DNA of 42,767 bases. It comes from Deltaproteobacteria bacterium (GTDB lineage Bacteria; Desulfobacterota; Desulfobulbia; Desulfobulbales; SURF-16). This document shows positions 38,410 to 42,767 of this stretch, one piece after another; position 1 is the first letter of the stretch; each line of letters begins with the position of its first letter. The notes beneath the pieces are model-generated. The model was not told the DNA's origin. It worked only from the letters and a program-made list of their open reading frames with translations, and made no database searches. Position numbers and translations under genes: made by a program. The stretch spans positions 5,034-47,800 of the forward strand of contig JACQYM010000109.1 in NCBI GenBank assembly GCA_016208225.1, given 5' to 3'.

Positions 38410-39367
38410 AATAATTCCCGTGCTCAACGCCGCCAGCAACGTGCTGATTGCCACCCATGTTTTCCCGGATGCCGATGCGCTGGGTGCCCAGCTTGCATTA
38501 GGCAATATCCTGCGGTCCAGGGGCAAGGGCGTTTATCTCTACAGCGAGGAGCCGGCGCATTATATCCTTGAGTTTCTGCGCGGTTCCGACCGGCTGAACA
38601 TCGGCCTGCCCGGCCCGAATCAATTTGACTGCGCCGTGGCCCTCGATTGCGGCGATGACGTGCGGCTCGGCAAGGCAAAGGAAGAACTGCTGACAATCCA
38701 TCCCTTTGTGGTCATCGATCATCATACCGGCCATAAAAATTTCGGCGATGTGCGCTGGGTTGATCCTGGGAAATCCTCGACCGGCGAGATGGTGTATGAA
38801 CTGGCCCTGGCCATGGGGGCGGAAATTGATTACGACACGGCCTATTGTCTCTATTCCGCCATTGTTTCCGATACCGGCTCGTTCAAGTACGCATCGACCA
38901 CCGCCGATACCCTGCGCATTGCCGGCGAACTGGTGGCCCGGGGGGTGAAACCGGCCGAGATTTCCGGCAAGATCTTTGATAATTTTACCAGGAACCGGCT
39001 GCAGCTCCTCCAGGAAGTGTTGTCAACATTGACGCTGTACGAGGAGGAGCAGTTGGCGCTCATCGCGGTGACCAGCGATCTGTATGTTAAGACCGGCACC
39101 AGCGCGGCGGATACCGAGCTGTTTATCAATTACCCCCGATCACTGGAAACGGTAAAAATCGCCGCCTTTATCAAGGAGGCGAAAGATTATATCAGCGTGA
39201 GCCTGCGCTCCAAGGGTCAGTATGATGTGGCCCAGGTGGCGCGCAAGTTCGGCGGCGGCGGCCATCGCAATGCGGCGGGATTCAAATTGCCCGGCCAAAC
39301 CATGGCCGAGGTGCGCCGTGATCTGCTGGCAGAACTGCGGACCCTGCTGCCGGCGGCGCGTAAATAA
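38390..39367 (+). CDS. nrnA: DHH/DHHA1 oligoribonuclease / PAP phosphatase
   Basis: H..PDADA, IDHH, DTGSF, SLRS, GGGGH.NAAG. Confidence 0.92.
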   Translation: MNQALSEIIPVLNAASNVLIATHVFPDADALGAQLALGNILRSRGKGVYLYSEEPAHYILEFLRGSDRLNIGLPGPNQFDCAVALDCGDDVRLGKAKEELLTIHPFVVIDHHTGHKNFGDVRWVDPGKSSTGEMVYELALAMGAEIDYDTAYCLYSAIVSDTGSFKYASTTADTLRIAGELVARGVKPAEISGKIFDNFTRNRLQLLQEVLSTLTLYEEEQLALIAVTSDLYVKTGTSAADTELFINYPRSLETVKIAAFIKEAKDYISVSLRSKGQYDVAQVARKFGGGGHRNAAGFKLPGQTMAEVRRDLLAELRTLLPAARK

Positions 39368-40102
39368 ATGCAGGCTGTTGCGCCGGGCGTGATCCTGCTT
39401 GACAAACCTGTCGGCCCCACCTCGTTTAGAATGGTACAGCTGGTCAGACGGGCGCTGCAGATCAAGAAGGTGGGCCACACCGGCACCCTTGATCCTTTTG
39501 CCTCGGGACTGCTTGTCATCTGCTCCGGCAGGGCGGCCACCAAGACCATTCCGCTGCTCATGGAAGGGGAAAAAGAGTACACCGCCACGCTCCAGCTCGG
39601 CATTGAGACCGACAGTCAGGACCTGACCGGCACCGTTATCAGGCGCAGTCCAGTCCCTGATCTCAGCAGCACAAGGATTGAAGAGTGTCTGGGGGCCTTT
39701 GTCGGTGAACAGCTGCAGCAGCCGCCCAATTTCTCGGCCTTGAAATTTCAGGGGAAGCCGCTCTACTATTATGCCAGGAAGGGCGTGACGGTTGAAAAAG
39801 AGCCGCGACTGATTTTTGTCAGGGAAATTGAAGCGCTCGGCCGGCAGGAAGATCAGCTGCAGATCCGGGTGGTATGCGGCAAAGGAACGTACATCCGGGC
39901 TCTGGCTGCTGATATCGGCGCCGCCCTTGGCTGCGGCGCCCATCTGGTTGCCTTGCGCCGCTTGCGGAACGGCCCTTTTTCGGTGGCGGACGCCGTGGCC
40001 GGCGATGCCCTGGTTGATGACCGGCAGGCGGCATGCGAGCTGTTGCTGAAAAATATGCTGCCCGTTGATGATCTGATCGCCGGATGCAGGAAAAACGTGT
40101 AA
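39368..40102 (+). CDS. truB: tRNA pseudouridine-55 synthase (short form)
   Basis: LDKP.G.TS, KVGHTGTLDPFASG, K.Y, PP.FSA, KGTYIR.LA.DIG. Confidence 0.95.
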   Translation: MQAVAPGVILLDKPVGPTSFRMVQLVRRALQIKKVGHTGTLDPFASGLLVICSGRAATKTIPLLMEGEKEYTATLQLGIETDSQDLTGTVIRRSPVPDLSSTRIEECLGAFVGEQLQQPPNFSALKFQGKPLYYYARKGVTVEKEPRLIFVREIEALGRQEDQLQIRVVCGKGTYIRALAADIGAALGCGAHLVALRRLRNGPFSVADAVAGDALVDDRQAACELLLKNMLPVDDLIAGCRKNV

Positions 40103-40237
40103 TATAGGAAAGGAAGTTTTGGAATTTAGTCTGTCATCTGTTGAGATTTTTATGAAAAATAGTATTTATCTCAGCAGGTTAATGTAACGCCGTAAGTGAA
40201 ATCAAGAATGTCTATTATTTGGTAGGAGGATATAATC

Positions 40238-40507
40238 GTGTCATTGGAACCTGTGCAGAAACAAGAAATTATCGAAAAATTTGCAACGCATAAAGGCGAT
40301 ACCGGCTCCCCTGAAGTTCAGGTTGCCCTGCTCAGCGCGCGGATTGCGTACCTCACCGGCCATTTTCAGACCCACAAGAAGGACCACCATTCCCGGCGTG
40401 GTCTGTTGAAACTTGTCGGGCAGAGAAGACGGCTGCTCAATTATCTGAAAGTGAAAAATGTTGACCGCTACCGTTCGGTCATCAAGGAACTCGGCATCCG
40501 GAAATAA
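40238..40507 (+). CDS. rpsO: 30S ribosomal protein S15
   Basis: [23 protein letters not shown]. Confidence 0.98.
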   Translation: MSLEPVQKQEIIEKFATHKGDTGSPEVQVALLSARIAYLTGHFQTHKKDHHSRRGLLKLVGQRRRLLNYLKVKNVDRYRSVIKELGIRK

Positions 40508-40698
40508 CGTTGTCTTTCGGGGTGGCAGGGAACTTCTGCACCACGAAAATCATCGAAAGTAATGACGCCTGCACCACTTCATGGTGCTGCCGGCGCCTCT
40601 GTCAGGCAATCTCCGTGCACGGCCTGCCCTGCTGCAGGCCGGGATATTGCAAACGGTCCAGGACTTATCCGAGTCCTGGACTTTTATTATTTTTACAT

Positions 40699-40822
40699 CG
40701 GGTTACGAATTAGGCCTGAGCAATGAAGGGTTGCGCAGCGGGGTTCCCCGCCGCGTCCGGCGGGTCGCTGCCCGCTTTCTTTGGTGAGGCCATATTATTG
40801 CTCAGTCGTAGTTCGTAATCCG
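40699..40822 (+). promoter_or_regulatory. Long stem-loop in the pnp leader (candidate RNase III site)
   Basis: CGGGTTACGAATTAGGCCTGAGCAAT pairs with ATTGCTCAGTCGTAGTTCGTAATCCG and ends next to the pnp RBS. Confidence 0.6.
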
Positions 40823-40834
40823 GAAGGTGAAGGA

Positions 40835-42767
40835 ATGTATAAAAAAGTTGAAGTAGAAATCGGTGGTCGAATCCTTGCCATTGAAACCGGCAAAATCGCG
40901 AAACAGGCAAATGGGTCGGTCGTCGTCACCTATGGCGACAGCGTTGTGCTGGTCACGGCCACGGCGGCGAAAGTGGGCCGGCCTGATATTGATTTTTTCC
41001 CGCTCACCGTGGAGTACCAGGAGCGTTTTTACGCAGTCGGCAAAATCCCCGGCAGCTATTTCCGCCGGGAAATCGGCAGACCCACGGAAAAGGAAACCCT
41101 GTCCAGCCGCTTTATCGACCGTCCGCTGCGGCCGCTGTTTGCCGCCGGCTATCGCAATGAAACGCAGATCATCGCCACCGTGCTCTCGGCGGACAGAATG
41201 AATGACCCGGACATCATGGCCATGGTCGGCGCCTCTGCCGCGCTGACCGTATCGGATATTCCCTTTCTCGGGCCGATCGCCGGCGTCCGGGTCGGCTATG
41301 TTGACGGGCAATATGTGCTCAATCCGTCCAAGGAGGAGCTGACCAGATCCAGGCTGGACCTGATCGTGGCCGGCAGCCGCAATGCGGTGGTCATGGTTGA
41401 GGGCGGCGCGGACAACCTGTCCGAGGATGAGGTGCTGTCCGGTGTTTATTTCGGTCATCAGGGACTGCAGCCTCTCCTCGATATCCAGGAGGAGCTGCGG
41501 CGTGAGGTTGGCCGTCCCAAACTCGCCGTGACCGCGCCCGTGGTCAATGAAGCCCTGCAGGCCCGGATCGCGGCCATGGCTGCGGAAAAAATGCAGAAGG
41601 TGGTAACCACCGCCGACAAGATGGCCCGGAGTGATCTCTACCAGGAACTGGAGAAAGAGATACTGGCGGAACTGGAAAAAGAGGAGGGTTTTGCCGACCA
41701 GCGCGAGGCCAAGGAACTTCTTCACGACCTGAACAAGACCCTGATGCGCGACATGATCATCAAGGACGGCAAACGCATTGACGGCCGTTCGTTTGCCGAT
41801 ATCAGGCCCATTGCCAGTGAAATCGCCATTCTGCCCAGGGCGCACGGCTCGGCCCTGTTCACCCGCGGTGAAACCCAGGCCCTGGTCACGGCCACCCTTG
41901 GCAGCGGCGAGGACGAGCAGCGGGTGGAAACCCTGGAAGGCATGGAAAACCTGCCCTTCATGCTCCACTATAATTTCCCCCCCTTCTGTGTCGGCGAGGT
42001 GCGCTTCATGCGCGGCCCCAGCCGGAGGGATATCGGCCATGGCGCCCTAGCCACCCGGGCCATCCAGGCCATTCTGCCCGAAGTCGGCACATTTCCCTAT
42101 ACCATCAGGATCGTTTCCGATGTCATGGAGTCAAACGGCTCCTCGTCCATGGCCACGGTGTGCGGCGGCTGTCTGTCCCTGATGGATGCCGGCGTGCCCA
42201 TCAAGCAGCCGGTGTCCGGCGTGGCCATGGGGCTGATCAAGGACGGGGATACCGTCGCCGTGCTCTCCGACATCCTGGGTGACGAAGATCATCTCGGCGA
42301 TATGGATTTCAAGGTATGCGGCACGGCGGACGGCATTACCGCTCTGCAGATGGATATCAAGATCGAGGGCATTTCCCGGGAGATCATGACCAGCGCCCTT
42401 GCCCAGGCAAAAGCCGGGCGGCTGCATATCCTGGAGAAGATGGCCGAGGCCATCAAGGAACCGCGGGCCGTGCTGCCTGAGCATGCCCCCAAGATCTTCA
42501 CCATGCAGATCAACCCTGACAAGATCCGCGATCTCATCGGCCCCGGGGGCAAAATGATCAAGTCGATCACCGCTGAATACGCGGTGAAAATCGATGTGGA
42601 GGATTCCGGCAAGGTCATGATTTTTGCACCGGACGGTATTGTCGGACAGAAGGTCTATGACCGGGTGCACGAAATCACCGCGGAAGTGGAGATCGGCAAA
42701 ATATACAAAGGCAAGGTGCAGAAGATTGTCGATTTCGGCGCCTTTGTCGAAATCCTGCCCGGCACCG
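40835..42767 (+). CDS. pnp: Polyribonucleotide nucleotidyltransferase (partial, runs off window)
   Basis: Not in ORF track. ATG 40835 MYKKVEVEIGGR..ETGKIAKQANG, DFFPLTVEY, GKIPG, HGSALFTRGETQ, ESNGSSSMA, DHLGDMDFK, KH and S1 start. Confidence 0.97.
   Translation, partial: MYKKVEVEIGGRILAIETGKIAKQANGSVVVTYGDSVVLVTATAAKVGRPDIDFFPLTVEYQERFYAVGKIPGSYFRREIGRPTEKETLSSRFIDRPLRPLFAAGYRNETQIIATVLSADRMNDPDIMAMVGASAALTVSDIPFLGPIAGVRVGYVDGQYVLNPSKEELTRSRLDLIVAGSRNAVVMVEGGADNLSEDEVLSGVYFGHQGLQPLLDIQEELRREVGRPKLAVTAPVVNEALQARIAAMAAEKMQKVVTTADKMARSDLYQELEKEILAELEKEEGFADQREAKELLHDLNKTLMRDMIIKDGKRIDGRSFADIRPIASEIAILPRAHGSALFTRGETQALVTATLGSGEDEQRVETLEGMENLPFMLHYNFPPFCVGEVRFMRGPSRRDIGHGALATRAIQAILPEVGTFPYTIRIVSDVMESNGSSSMATVCGGCLSLMDAGVPIKQPVSGVAMGLIKDGDTVAVLSDILGDEDHLGDMDFKVCGTADGITALQMDIKIEGISREIMTSALAQAKAGRLHILEKMAEAIKEPRAVLPEHAPKIFTMQINPDKIRDLIGPGGKMIKSITAEYAVKIDVEDSGKVMIFAPDGIVGQKVYDRVHEITAEVEIGKIYKGKVQKIVDFGAFVEILPGT

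Overview
GC-rich core-chromosome segment, most likely from a Desulfobacterota (Desulfobulbales-like) bacterium; this is inferred from gene content and repeat style. Order: cobQ (partial), rsmG, hisD, a ~12-heme cytochrome c and nadE on the minus strand; PIN-PhoH; a heme operon (ahbD-like radical SAM, hemE, HD protein, hemH with an internal deletion); a sigma54/IHF-controlled 72-aa membrane protein; the mreBCD-mrdA-rodA shape operon; tRNA-Ala; a small ORF and mpl separated by a MITE; a complex I-like operon; tRNA-Gly; and rimP-nusA-ylxR-infB-rbfA-nrnA-truB-rpsO-pnp (partial). The most notable item is the complex I-like operon. It lacks NuoEFG, has four antiporter-like subunits and an apparently lengthened lateral helix, and one antiporter gene is frameshifted. 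Also notable: the hybrid heme operon, three gene units bracketed by mutually inverted repeat tracts, and a MITE that split a TGATG junction yet restored the mpl start codon. No integrase, transposase, CRISPR array or phage gene was seen. All calls come from reading motifs by eye; no database searches were run.
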